Positions 27,563 through 36,916 of a DNA stretch of 64,000 nucleotides are shown here, one piece after another (position 1 is the first letter of the stretch; each line of letters opens with the position of its first letter). Both the position numbers and the translations under genes were made by a program. The DNA comes from an uncultured virus (IMG/VR IMGVR_UViG_3300032038_000019). Taxonomy: Duplodnaviria > Heunggongvirae > Uroviricota > Caudoviricetes. Below the pieces are notes generated by a model that had not been told where the DNA came from, searched no databases, and saw nothing but the letters and a program-made list of their open reading frames with translations. The stretch lies in the IMG/VR virus record IMGVR_UViG_3300032038_000019; one strand, written 5' to 3'.

Positions 27563-28426
27563 TTATAAAACCTTTCTTAATCTTTCAGATTCGTCATTAA
27601 GCGGAATAAGTTCATACGTACTATCATCTTTCAGCCAAACCAATCTTCTTGCAATAATTTTAAAGCCTAAATCTTGCAAAGGTATTGCATAAGTAGATAA
27701 CTGTAGTGTATAAATTGATTTAGGCTCTTCCCAATAATCAGAAAATGGTTCTAATAACATTTTACCGTTTTCCCTTGAATAACTTTTTCTTATTTCACGA
27801 TTCGTTTTGTAATCGAATATGCATAACCCACTTTTTGAGTCATTTTTAGGGTCTTTATAATAGAAAAGAATATCAGCAGTACCTGCTAAATTTTCCTTTA
27901 GCCCTTCAGTATACATCTTTGCTTCAGCAAGTACAAAATGTAAATTTGGGTTTAATTCTTTAAAAAACTTTAATATGGCTTCTTCTTTAGGTCTCGTAGG
28001 TATTAGCCATTTTTTGTCTTTAATAAATTTAGGTAGATTAGCAGGTGTTATCCCTTCTAAGTTCCCATTCAGCATATTACCTAATGATTCGCCATATTCG
28101 TGAACCATACTACCTGTTGTAGTCGCTACAAGATTTTTAAACTTCCATTGGTCAAGCCAATATTCTTTTGTTTCACCATTTTTTTCAGCATACCTTTCAG
28201 CAGTAGCATCTGCATTAAATTCAGACTCAAACTGCCCTAATTTAGTTGTTACTGATTTAAATTTATGGTTTTTATCATCTTTTAAATAATAAATGTGTGG
28301 GCCTTCCTCGAATACTAAGTCTTTAAATTTATTTAATATCTTTGCCCTTATTTCGGTTACTTCTTTCGGTTCGCCTTTAACGACAAACATATTAGGTATA
28401 CCTTTATATTCTTTTTCATTATTCAT
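27563..28426 (-). CDS. PD-(D/E)XK exonuclease
   Basis: H.Y, SVT, GSMVH, E, AGTAD, DYKT, Y.LQLS.Y. Confidence 0.85.
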   Translation of the reverse strand: MNNEKEYKGIPNMFVVKGEPKEVTEIRAKILNKFKDLVFEEGPHIYYLKDDKNHKFKSVTTKLGQFESEFNADATAERYAEKNGETKEYWLDQWKFKNLVATTTGSMVHEYGESLGNMLNGNLEGITPANLPKFIKDKKWLIPTRPKEEAILKFFKELNPNLHFVLAEAKMYTEGLKENLAGTADILFYYKDPKNDSKSGLCIFDYKTNREIRKSYSRENGKMLLEPFSDYWEEPKSIYTLQLSTYAIPLQDLGFKIIARRLVWLKDDSTYELIPLNDESERLRKVL

Positions 28427-28518
28427 ACCATAATTATTTCTTTGCAAATATACAAATAATTTTTGTTAAAAACAATAAATCCTACGAGATTTTTTAACTT
28501 CTCATAGGATTTATTCAC

Positions 28519-29484
28519 TTACCTGTGTCCACCATTTGTAAAATCAACGTTTGTGCAATCAAATTCTATCGTTGATTCATCTTTAGGCATTATAAAATCA
28601 CCAACATACACAAGTGTTAAACCATAAAACAAAGCCCATATCTTATATCTACTGCCAGGTTTAGTAGTTTTTCCGTTTCTACTGTATATATACTCACCAT
28701 TAATAGTGTCAATCCTATAATAGGATATAACTGCATCTTTAGTATCATCATATCGCATTGATACGCTTGGTAAAGCTACATAATTACTTTGTACCTCAGT
28801 TCGTTTAACATCAGTTTCAGTTATAAAAATAGCTGATTTTGGTATAGATGGGGAATTGATTAATTCAACCATCACACTAAAATCTTCATAAGGTGTATAA
28901 TCACCATTTTTTGGTCCTTCAATTACTAATGTTAAAGATTCGCTTGAATAATACTCATCATTATATGACCTACCGTAAACTTGCAATACTGCTGTCTTAT
29001 TAGTAATGTCTATGCCAAATGGTATTGAAATTTCTATATATCCTAATGGCACTCTGTCATCATATGTTTTTATCCATTCAGTATTAAACCAATCATCGCC
29101 ACTTATTATCTTATAGTCTACACCATTTATAGCGTTTCCACCTTCCTCTATATTGTCATTTTCATCAAAAAAACCAAACCCATTATTATACGTTTCACCA
29201 TTTGATACATTTATAGTTTTACTTTTTCCCCTTTTAATATATCCTTCACCTGTAATATACTCAGCCCAATCTAACTCCCTATAAGAATATTTTGGCGTTG
29301 TATCAGCTACAATTTTAACAACTGATTCATAACCACTATCCAATTGTGTAAAAGTTATAATTGCTTCTCCTTTAACATTATTATCAACAGTAATTCTTGG
29401 TGAATTGTCATATGTGTTGCCAGATGGAATTACATGAACCCAATCTTGATTTACTTTAGATACCCATTTTATATTATTCGACAT
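28519..29484 (-). CDS. Beta-rich (BACON/Ig-like) virion accessory protein, paralog 1
   Basis: W...DWV..ITV...A.ITFTQ..SG N-terminal module shared with the next gene. Confidence 0.55.
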   Translation of the reverse strand: MSNNIKWVSKVNQDWVHVIPSGNTYDNSPRITVDNNVKGEAIITFTQLDSGYESVVKIVADTTPKYSYRELDWAEYITGEGYIKRGKSKTINVSNGETYNNGFGFFDENDNIEEGGNAINGVDYKIISGDDWFNTEWIKTYDDRVPLGYIEISIPFGIDITNKTAVLQVYGRSYNDEYYSSESLTLVIEGPKNGDYTPYEDFSVMVELINSPSIPKSAIFITETDVKRTEVQSNYVALPSVSMRYDDTKDAVISYYRIDTINGEYIYSRNGKTTKPGSRYKIWALFYGLTLVYVGDFIMPKDESTIEFDCTNVDFTNGGHR

Positions 29485-29499
29485 ACCTACCCATTCATT

Positions 29500-30555
29500 T
29501 TAAAGCAAATTTATATTAACGCACCTTATATTTTCACCATTTAACCAAATAAAGTTAGAAGAAGTTGTTTGTATTGATATTTGAGTTAAATCTGCCATAT
29601 CATTATATGATGTGGTATATCCTTTTAATTCATCATATACAATATCGTTACCATAAAACGTAGCCCACCCTTGGTTAACAACTACAGCATATTCGGAGCG
29701 AGAACCAAGTGATTCTTCTATCCAAAAAATTATTCTTTTTATGTCTTTAACAGTATATCCATTCTCCAACTCAAGTAAGGTATAATATTCTTCATTATTA
29801 GGCATTTTTTTTCTACTATTATACCACATAAGTTCAGTACCACCAATTTCTCCTATTACATCGCCATTAGAATTATCAAATTCAATTGTAACCATTTTTG
29901 AATTATCTAAATCAGAAGCGCCTACATTAGTAGTATAAGGTGTAAAATTTCCGCCTGAAATATTAATTCTAAATTTAAGATAATGGTCATCTTGTAAATA
30001 AGAGTAATCTGGTGTTGGTTCATCTGGTGATTCTTGCACTGTTGGGTTTTGAACTACCATTAAATTAATTGATTTAGGGACACCACCACCCTGTGTTATT
30101 TGCTTAACCGTAAAATATTCTATTATGTCATCATCAGTTAAGTTGTCTTTATATGGAAACACTATTATTTCATCACCATCCAAATTAACACTAAAATTAG
30201 TTGAATGGTCATCTATTAATTCAAAAGGACATTTTTTTAATTCGCCACTATTCTTACTATATAAACTATCCACATATATAGTTACAGGTGATTCTTCTCC
30301 ACTCTTAAATTCAATATTATTGCTACTTAGTGAAAGCATATAATCATAAGTGTCATTACGCTTGGTGTTAGCGACAACCTTGATTTTCTCAACGTTGCCA
30401 CTACCATCTTGCGTGAATACTATTGTCGCTTCATCAACTATACCTTCATCTACTGTAATTTTAGCATCTTCCATACTTGTATTAGCCGAAGGCTCAATGT
30501 GAACCCATTGTTTGCCACCTTCAACTGAAACATTCCAATTAATATTATTTTCCAT
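29500..30555 (-). CDS. Beta-rich (BACON/Ig-like) virion accessory protein, paralog 2
   Basis: Shared N-terminal module; acidic, N/D/T/Y-rich. Confidence 0.55.
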   Translation of the reverse strand: MENNINWNVSVEGGKQWVHIEPSANTSMEDAKITVDEGIVDEATIVFTQDGSGNVEKIKVVANTKRNDTYDYMLSLSSNNIEFKSGEESPVTIYVDSLYSKNSGELKKCPFELIDDHSTNFSVNLDGDEIIVFPYKDNLTDDDIIEYFTVKQITQGGGVPKSINLMVVQNPTVQESPDEPTPDYSYLQDDHYLKFRINISGGNFTPYTTNVGASDLDNSKMVTIEFDNSNGDVIGEIGGTELMWYNSRKKMPNNEEYYTLLELENGYTVKDIKRIIFWIEESLGSRSEYAVVVNQGWATFYGNDIVYDELKGYTTSYNDMADLTQISIQTTSSNFIWLNGENIRCVNINLL

Positions 30556-30825
30556 TATCTATTATCAACTTCTTTAGTTACATCATCTTCGGTTATAAAT
30601 CTCCGTTTTAGGTAAACTCATATGTCTTTTAACATTTGAAGTCATTTTTACTAAAAAGTATTTAAGAAAAGCAAATAAAAATTTGCTTGATTATTTTTTT
30701 CAATAATAAATATTTTAATAAAAGAATATTTATCAATACTTACTAATAAAGACTTACTATCTTTAGGAAACTATAATATGCAGTTTTCACCAAAATGTTA
30801 AAAAAATAAAAAAAGCAGACAAGTA

Positions 30826-31236
30826 CTAAGACTTATCTGCTTTTTCGCTATTAGATTTTTTATTCTTCATTTCTTCTATTTTTTCTTTTACAAGCTTCTT
30901 TTGCAGTTCTTCAGCTATCACATCACCGTGGCATCTTAAAGGCTTGCAGAAGCATTGCAAATAGACATCTTCGCCATTTCTATAATGTTCATAGATTTCA
31001 TCAAATGCAACAGTTAAAGAAGGGTCTTTACCATACATCGCTTCGAAATATAGTTTATAAGCATCAATTGCTTCATCCCTTGTCGGAAACGTCATTTTAG
31101 CAAGTGATGGTCTTTTACCACCAACACCAAATGGATTACCTAAAGGATTTCCACTTTTGCTTCTACCTATGTAGAAATTATTTTTATCAGATGTATGGTC
31201 TTCGTTTTTGCAATTATAAACAATAATCTTTCCCAT
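30826..31236 (-). CDS. DUF4326-family protein
   Basis: YIGR...LGNPF...R.EAI..Y...L.C.CKP..CHGDVI. Confidence 0.85.
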   Translation of the reverse strand: MGKIIVYNCKNEDHTSDKNNFYIGRSKSGNPLGNPFGVGGKRPSLAKMTFPTRDEAIDAYKLYFEAMYGKDPSLTVAFDEIYEHYRNGEDVYLQCFCKPLRCHGDVIAEELQKKLVKEKIEEMKNKKSNSEKADKS

Positions 31237-31631
31237 TATTTATTTTTCCATTCAAACAATATTTTTGTAGCCCCACGACTTCCACGTTTGAGATATCCTG
31301 ATTTAACATTATCACGAATCCATTTTCTACATTGCCTTACTCGCCTAACATAATCTGCATATTGCCATGTCCACGATTGTGTACCGCTTGAAAAAAACAT
31401 AAATACTTCTGATAAAGATACGAAATAATTACACATAATCTTCCAAATAAAGTCTTTGTTATGTAAAGGTATAAGCCTATAATCATCTGGCCTATAATAG
31501 GGTCTATTTTGTAGTTTACTATTTTTTTCTATGGCTAAGTTAAGAAAATAATAATAGTTATTAGTTTCCTTAATCGCCCTCAAAAATACTTGTGTCGGTG
31601 TTAAATAACCGTTTTCATTTTTTTTGCTCAT
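31236..31631 (-). CDS. Hypothetical protein
   Basis: 131 aa ORF. Confidence 0.65.
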   Translation of the reverse strand: MSKKNENGYLTPTQVFLRAIKETNNYYYFLNLAIEKNSKLQNRPYYRPDDYRLIPLHNKDFIWKIMCNYFVSLSEVFMFFSSGTQSWTWQYADYVRRVRQCRKWIRDNVKSGYLKRGSRGATKILFEWKNK

Positions 31632-31648
31632 TATTTAAATAAATTATG

Positions 31649-31846
31649 TTATTGGTCCATTAGATTAGTGAATTCATCCTCTTCTCCTTTCAATCCTTCT
31701 AAAATATCAAATGCCTGTATTTTCGTAAGTTTAACCTCCGTATCATAATGACCGTATTTATCATACAATGTCAAAGTAAATTCTAAATCATCTTCATAGC
31801 CGTTTTTTGATAACTCAATGTTATCCGTTGTTTTTATATATTCCAT
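31649..31846 (-). CDS. Hypothetical protein
   Basis: 65 aa acidic ORF. Confidence 0.55.
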   Translation of the reverse strand: MEYIKTTDNIELSKNGYEDDLEFTLTLYDKYGHYDTEVKLTKIQAFDILEGLKGEEDEFTNLMDQ

Positions 31847-32054
31847 AAATTCTTTATTAATAATTGTTATTACAAGTAAATATTTACGAAATATAAAAAA
31901 ATTAAGGTGGTATTAATTTACCACCTCACCATTAAAAAATAACCACGCAATGGAACGTCCATCCATACGTTGACAGCCAATTCCCGTTATTGCATTTATT
32001 CAAAAAGAGGGGAATTAAAGGTTTACGCTTAGGCTTTTAGACTAGTATATTCAC

Positions 32055-32243
32055 CTACTCACATTTTTTATCGGTAGAATTTAACCGTATTTTAAGTTTC
32101 AAATCATTGAATTCGTCTTCAGTTAAAACATCTTTAATTGCATCTTCACTAATATAGGTATAGCTTGTATAATTATCAAAAGGTGATTTAGACCAAAGAT
32201 GCTTTAATTTTTCTTCATCAGTTAAATATATAAATGCGTCCAT
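32055..32243 (-). CDS. Hypothetical protein
   Basis: 62 aa ORF. Confidence 0.5.
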   Translation of the reverse strand: MDAFIYLTDEEKLKHLWSKSPFDNYTSYTYISEDAIKDVLTEDEFNDLKLKIRLNSTDKKCE

Positions 32244-32270
32244 TAATATTTTTTTGTTTCACTTAAATTG

Positions 32271-32341
32271 TTGTGGCAATAGGATTCGAACCTATAAATA
32301 CAGAATCAGAATCTGTTATGTTACCGTTACATCATACCACA
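32271..32341 (-). tRNA. tRNA-Gln(CTG)
   Basis: TGTGGTA/TGCCACA, ACAGA-TTCTGAT-TCTGT. Confidence 0.92.
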
Positions 32342-32361
32342 TTTAGGTAAAGCCATTATAG

Positions 32362-32445
32362 TACCTTGAGAGGGACTTGAACCCTCATCAGCAACTGCTG
32401 AACAGATTTTAAATCTGTCTTCTATACCAATTCGAATATAAGGGT
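32362..32445 (-). tRNA. tRNA-Leu(TAA) with two acceptor mismatches
   Basis: ACAGA-TTTAAAA-TCTGT, long arm TCAGC-AGTT-GCTGA; acceptor ACCCTTA/TCAAGGT. Confidence 0.8.
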
Positions 32446-32452
32446 TTATCTA

Positions 32453-33382
32453 TTATTCTTTATATTTCCATATATATCCTCCTGCACTTCTTTTTTTATG
32501 TAAAGCGCATTTAGAAATATCTCCATGAGCTATATTTAAAGAATTTTCCGCATCAGCTATACTTAACCATTCTTTAATTAAATTAAGATTTGCATCATAT
32601 TGTAAAACACTTTTAGAATGAAAATCATATTTCATTTTAAAACTATCGTATAAATCATATTTTATTAGATATTTTTTTATAGTAGGTCTTGTTACATTTA
32701 ATTCTTTAGCTATTTGCGTTATATTATTATACTTATTATATAATTCAATAAGTTTTTCTTTTGCTATAAAAACTTTTTCATTATATTCTTTTATATATGC
32801 TTCATAATGTTCTCTACAACAAAATCTTTGAATTTTGTCTAATCTTGGACTATAAAATTCTTTTCCACAATATTCACAAATAGTTAAATGATTCTTCTTT
32901 ACTTCTAATCTTTTAGCTTTAGTAGTATTTTTCCTATTTCTATTTCTGAAATTAATAGTTTTAGAATGACAATTTGGACAAAGAATTTGTAAATTTTTTA
33001 TTCTATTATCATAATGGTCTCCATTAATATGATGAAGTTCTAAATGAACTTCTTTTCCAGATATATGACATAATTCGCATTCATTCTTTTTTAATTCCGA
33101 TTTTATCAATCTTTTTCTTAAAGAATCACTAGAATAAATAATTCCTTTTTGTAAAATATCATTTAAAGGATAAATTGCTGTTTTTTCAGTATTTCCTTTT
33201 CCTTTATTCCATCTTTGCCCTGTAAAATGAGAAGTATCTAAATTATATAAAGTAATCTTAGATTTTATTGTTTTATAATTACCTCCAACAGGTTTTAATC
33301 CGATTTTTCGACATACTTCAGCATATGAAAAACTATTTTTCACAGCTTCTTCCATTAATTCTTTAGTATATTTTATTTTCAT
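32453..33382 (-). CDS. Free-standing HNH homing endonuclease (HNH, Zn finger, HTH, NUMOD1-like)
   Basis: CELC...LELHHINGD..DNR..NL..LCPNCH; C-terminal V.QYD.....IKEW.SI..A...AGGYIW; very AT-rich. Confidence 0.9.
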   Translation of the reverse strand: MKIKYTKELMEEAVKNSFSYAEVCRKIGLKPVGGNYKTIKSKITLYNLDTSHFTGQRWNKGKGNTEKTAIYPLNDILQKGIIYSSDSLRKRLIKSELKKNECELCHISGKEVHLELHHINGDHYDNRIKNLQILCPNCHSKTINFRNRNRKNTTKAKRLEVKKNHLTICEYCGKEFYSPRLDKIQRFCCREHYEAYIKEYNEKVFIAKEKLIELYNKYNNITQIAKELNVTRPTIKKYLIKYDLYDSFKMKYDFHSKSVLQYDANLNLIKEWLSIADAENSLNIAHGDISKCALHKKRSAGGYIWKYKE

Positions 33383-33520
33383 ATTAATTATATTTACTAA
33401 TATAAAAAATGCTACTTTGCTGAAAAATGTCAAACACAAAATTTAAAAATTAATAAATATTAACATTTATTTTTTAAAAATATTTCTTATTGGAATTTCA
33501 CCATCAAGGCATGAAATAAT

Positions 33521-33641
33521 GCAGTCACTACAACCTTTTGCTACAGCTCATCTACGTCATACCGTTGATTTTGATATTATCTCAAGGTTACTGACTCAAA
33601 AGGGCTACTGTTAACCTTTTTTCGCATATTGTAGTGATTAC
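33521..33641 (-). ncRNA. Unidentified structured RNA with its own promoter
   Basis: TCACTACAA/TTGTAGTGA terminal stem, CCTTTTG/CAAAAGG inner stem; -7 box at 33644-33653. Confidence 0.55.
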
Positions 33642-33830
33642 GTTACAAATATATATAAATATTATAATAAAACCAAATATTTTATATATTATTTGTCAAC
33701 AAATGTATTTTTGTAATTAACACATCATCGGAACATGAATTAAATGATAATGCAGTAAATGCTGAAATAAAAAATAATAACAGCTTTTTCATTTTTTTAT
33801 ACATTTATTAATTATGCTTTATTAAATAGT

Positions 33831-34059
33831 TGGGAAAGGTAGGATTCGAACCTACACGATTTACGTCCTTATCATCATAATTCGTTTATATTAAACGATA
33901 TTACAAAGTGGATGCCATTACATGATTTCTCACACCAAAGGATGGACTTACCTAAAGCAGTGGATAATAAAGGCTTCTGCGAATAAAATATATTTTTCAT
34001 TATTCACTAAAATCGAGCCATACAATGTCCCCAGCGTCTACCAATTTCGCCACTTTCCC
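33831..34059 (-). ncRNA. tRNA-like RNA with a ~170 nt insert replacing the anticodon/variable arms
   Basis: GGGAAAG/CTTTCCC-A, Leu-type D-arm GCG-AAATTGGTAGA-CGC, GTAGG-TTCGAAT-CCTAC; -7 box at 34070. Confidence 0.75.
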
Positions 34060-34117
34060 AAAATTTAAAGCAAATATACAAATAATATACTAAAAATCAA
34101 AAGCTCAAAGGGTTAAA

Positions 34118-34249
34118 TTATATTAATTCTCTCCTTATAATCCTTCTCATACCACCATTCTTTTTATTTGGATTGGTTCTACGCACAGGTGTTCTTTTAA
34201 TTACAACATTATTTGCTTTTGCTCTGTTGCTTGTACACGCACATGCCAT
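34118..34249 (-). CDS. 43-aa basic protein with MACAC N-terminus
   Basis: MACACTSNRAKANNVVIKRTPVRRTNPNKKNGGMRRIIRRELI; absent from the supplied track. Confidence 0.6.
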   Translation of the reverse strand: MACACTSNRAKANNVVIKRTPVRRTNPNKKNGGMRRIIRRELI

Positions 34250-34320
34250 AATTTGTATAATTAAAATAGTGTTATTATTCTTTTATATAAATATATGACA
34301 AAACGCAAAAATATCAATGG

Positions 34321-34746
34321 CTATAAACCTATTTTATCCAAAATTGGTAGTACATTGTCCTTTACTGCAAAACGTTGCTTTTCAGAATATTTTCCATCTT
34401 CATTTGATAAAATATATTCAGTAAACTGCCTTGCATTTCTTTGTTGCGCACGTTTGGTGAGTTTTGAACATTCCCAATCTATTACAGCAGATTCCCAATC
34501 AACTTTATCATAGCCATGTTTATCGCCATAGTCAAGATGGTGTTTACTATGAGTTCTATGCCATTTTTGAACTTTCTTATAGTCTTTTAAAATTAATTTA
34601 AGCCAAGGCTTTTCAATATCATGCAATAAATATTTTGGCTTCCACACATGCATTACAAGTGCGGTCATATTATAGGCACACCAATGTGAAAACCAATATT
34701 TGAATCCACTTCTTTCATTTTTATCAAAACCAAAATTACTTTTCAT
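34321..34746 (-). CDS. HD-like hydrolase
   Basis: H...HD.EK...H...S.HH...IDW pattern. Confidence 0.6.
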   Translation of the reverse strand: MKSNFGFDKNERSGFKYWFSHWCAYNMTALVMHVWKPKYLLHDIEKPWLKLILKDYKKVQKWHRTHSKHHLDYGDKHGYDKVDWESAVIDWECSKLTKRAQQRNARQFTEYILSNEDGKYSEKQRFAVKDNVLPILDKIGL

Positions 34747-35038
34747 ATAATCGTTCTTTTTTCATTTTTTCATAAAACTCGTCCCATCTGTTACACATCT
34801 TAAACCAATAATCACAGCCTTCTTTTGTCCTACCAAAAATTATGCAATATGATGTAGGATTGCCATATTCATTTATATCATCAGCTTCTAATACTTTAAT
34901 AAAGCTCCCTCGGAACATGCAATTATTAAACATATTTAGTTGTGTTATATATGGATTAGTTGCATACCTCAAAAAAGTACCAAATATTTTTTCCCTTTTT
35001 AAAAACCTTAAAAATAATTTGCCATCTTCTGAAATCAT
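34736..35038 (-). CDS. Hypothetical protein
   Basis: 100 aa; T.EG..YW motif. Confidence 0.65.
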   Translation of the reverse strand: MISEDGKLFLRFLKREKIFGTFLRYATNPYITQLNMFNNCMFRGSFIKVLEADDINEYGNPTSYCIIFGRTKEGCDYWFKMCNRWDEFYEKMKKERLYEK

Positions 35039-35138
35039 ATATATTTACATATTTGTTCAACACAAATATATTAAAAAAGCCTTGCAGAACAAAATCTGCA
35101 AGGTTAAAAATAATTAAAGTTCGTTGGTACTTGACTTT

Positions 35139-35816
35139 TTATTTCTTAGTAGGGAGTATTACTTTATCTGCAATATGTAGATTATTAACAGCTTCATCAC
35201 CAATAAACCAATTATCCCTATCACATAATTTCTCCATTTCTTCAAATGTATGCCCTGTGTTATCAGCCAAAATCTGATATACATCCTTCTGACACCTTTC
35301 AGTCTGTTCCATTTCAATTCTTACATCAGCAGTATGTCCCTGAAAACCACTTGCTACTGAATGAATCATAACACGTGAATGAGGAAGGACAAATCTTTTG
35401 CCTTTAGCACCATTGCTAAGTAAAACCGACCCCATAGACGCTGCCATACCCATGCAAGTAGTAGATACATCTGACTTAATGAAATTCATTGTATCAATTA
35501 CAGAAAGCCCATCTACAACTGAGCCACCAGGTGAATTAATATATAAATTAATATCACGATTATCTACCGAATCAAGATAAAGCAACTCAGCATTCATTGT
35601 GTCACAAGTAGCTTGATTAACTTCACCTGTAAAGTATAAAATTCTATCAAAAAGCAAACGGCTAAAAATATCCATTTGTGTTACGTTCAACTGCCTTTCT
35701 TCAAGAATATAAGGAGTCAAAAAATCTTTTGCTTGTTTGATTTTATCATCAAGAACAGTTGCACGAATTTTAGTATTACTAATTGCGAATTTTCTAAAAT
35801 CTTTTTCTAAATCCAT
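35139..35816 (-). CDS. clpP: ATP-dependent Clp protease proteolytic subunit
   Basis: MDIFSRL..DRI, YINSPGGSV, GMAASMG, RVMIH, DRD.W. Confidence 0.97.
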   Translation of the reverse strand: MDLEKDFRKFAISNTKIRATVLDDKIKQAKDFLTPYILEERQLNVTQMDIFSRLLFDRILYFTGEVNQATCDTMNAELLYLDSVDNRDINLYINSPGGSVVDGLSVIDTMNFIKSDVSTTCMGMAASMGSVLLSNGAKGKRFVLPHSRVMIHSVASGFQGHTADVRIEMEQTERCQKDVYQILADNTGHTFEEMEKLCDRDNWFIGDEAVNNLHIADKVILPTKK

Positions 35817-35867
35817 AAATTATTTGTTTGTTACTTTATCTATACCAACTTCAACCATTTAGAAGAA

Positions 35868-36107
35868 TCATAAATTATTATTTTCTTTAATTTTTGCCAC
35901 TAAATCAGTTCCATCACACTCAAAAATAGCCCACAAAAATGCTATTATCCATCCAATTATACTCCAACCTGTCAAAACGTTAAGTGTAAAAATCCATTTT
36001 GAATTCTTAGCTTTGAATACTAAACCAATTATAGCAGGCAAAAAGTAAATACCAATTAACGTTGCTATAACTAATACCACACAAGCTAAATCAATTATTG
36101 CTTCCAT
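35868..36107 (-). CDS. T4 Imm-like superinfection immunity protein
   Basis: YFLPAII...IF.LN..TGWS.IGWI.A..WA. Confidence 0.85.
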   Translation of the reverse strand: MEAIIDLACVVLVIATLIGIYFLPAIIGLVFKAKNSKWIFTLNVLTGWSIIGWIIAFLWAIFECDGTDLVAKIKENNNL

Positions 36108-36110
36108 AAT

Positions 36111-36902
36111 TTATGCTATATTTTTAATTTGATTAATTGCTATATTATAATAATTTTGTACGATTTCGATACCTATAAAGTTTCTATTTGCTTTAACTGC
36201 TTCAACACCAGTTGTACACCCTCCCATAAATGGGTCAAAAACCAAATCCCCTTCGTTTGTCCAAGTGATAATTTGGTCGTGAGGTAAGTCATTAGGAAAT
36301 GCAGCAGGATGGCCGCTTTTAGTAGCACCTAATGAATATTCAAAAATATTTGGGTGTATCTTTTCTTCTTTTGTTTTCATATATGTTATACCCTCAGGCG
36401 CTCTCATTGCTTGGTTTTTATCAAGTTCTGCCCTTCTACCATTTCCGTAAGATTCAATTTTACCTGCATTTTTACAAGGAATCATAATAGGATTCCAAGT
36501 TTTTGGTTTGCCTTTCGAAAAACAAAACATATATTCCCAAGACTGTTCATATCTATTATGTGTAAGAGGGATATAGTTCCTTTTCTTATAAATCATTGTA
36601 TCGTGCAGTCTGAAACCAATTTCTTTAAAATAAAGAGCTTGTCTGAATGAAGAACCACTCTCACTACCATTCTTGGTTTGGTCAGCAACAACCCAAATCA
36701 CAACACCACCATCAGCAGTAATTTCATATAATTTGTTGGCAATGTCTTTAAATTTATCAAAATTCCATACAACATTACCTTCATAACTTCGTAACCCATC
36801 ATAAGGAGGGGATGTTACAGTTAAATCAACCTTTATACCTTGGTCTATCAATTTCTGCATTTCCTCGCTTGAATCACCTAAAATCAAATTGCTTTTACTC
36901 AT
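36111..36902 (-). CDS. N4-C/N6-A DNA methyltransferase (beta class)
   Basis: TSPPY, HPA.FP, DPFMGG.TT. Confidence 0.93.
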   Translation of the reverse strand: MSKSNLILGDSSEEMQKLIDQGIKVDLTVTSPPYDGLRSYEGNVVWNFDKFKDIANKLYEITADGGVVIWVVADQTKNGSESGSSFRQALYFKEIGFRLHDTMIYKKRNYIPLTHNRYEQSWEYMFCFSKGKPKTWNPIMIPCKNAGKIESYGNGRRAELDKNQAMRAPEGITYMKTKEEKIHPNIFEYSLGATKSGHPAAFPNDLPHDQIITWTNEGDLVFDPFMGGCTTGVEAVKANRNFIGIEIVQNYYNIAINQIKNIA

Positions 36903-36916
36903 TATTTGCTAGTTTT

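Noticed and set aside
27563..28426. Cas4 / CRISPR adaptation module
   Set aside because: It lacks the Fe-S cysteines, and there is no array or cas1; generic PD-(D/E)XK nuclease
32015..32060. Pistol ribozyme suggested by AGCCTAAGCGT
   Set aside because: The required P1 hairpin and pseudoknot partner could not be built convincingly
33831..34059. tmRNA or group I intron-containing tRNA-Leu
   Set aside because: No G3:U70, an intact D-stem, no convincing tag ORF, no recognisable group I core and no reconstitutable anticodon stem; kept as an unknown ncRNA
4552..36902. Restriction-modification system
   Set aside because: Both methyltransferases lack an adjacent endonuclease; more likely orphan anti-restriction methylases
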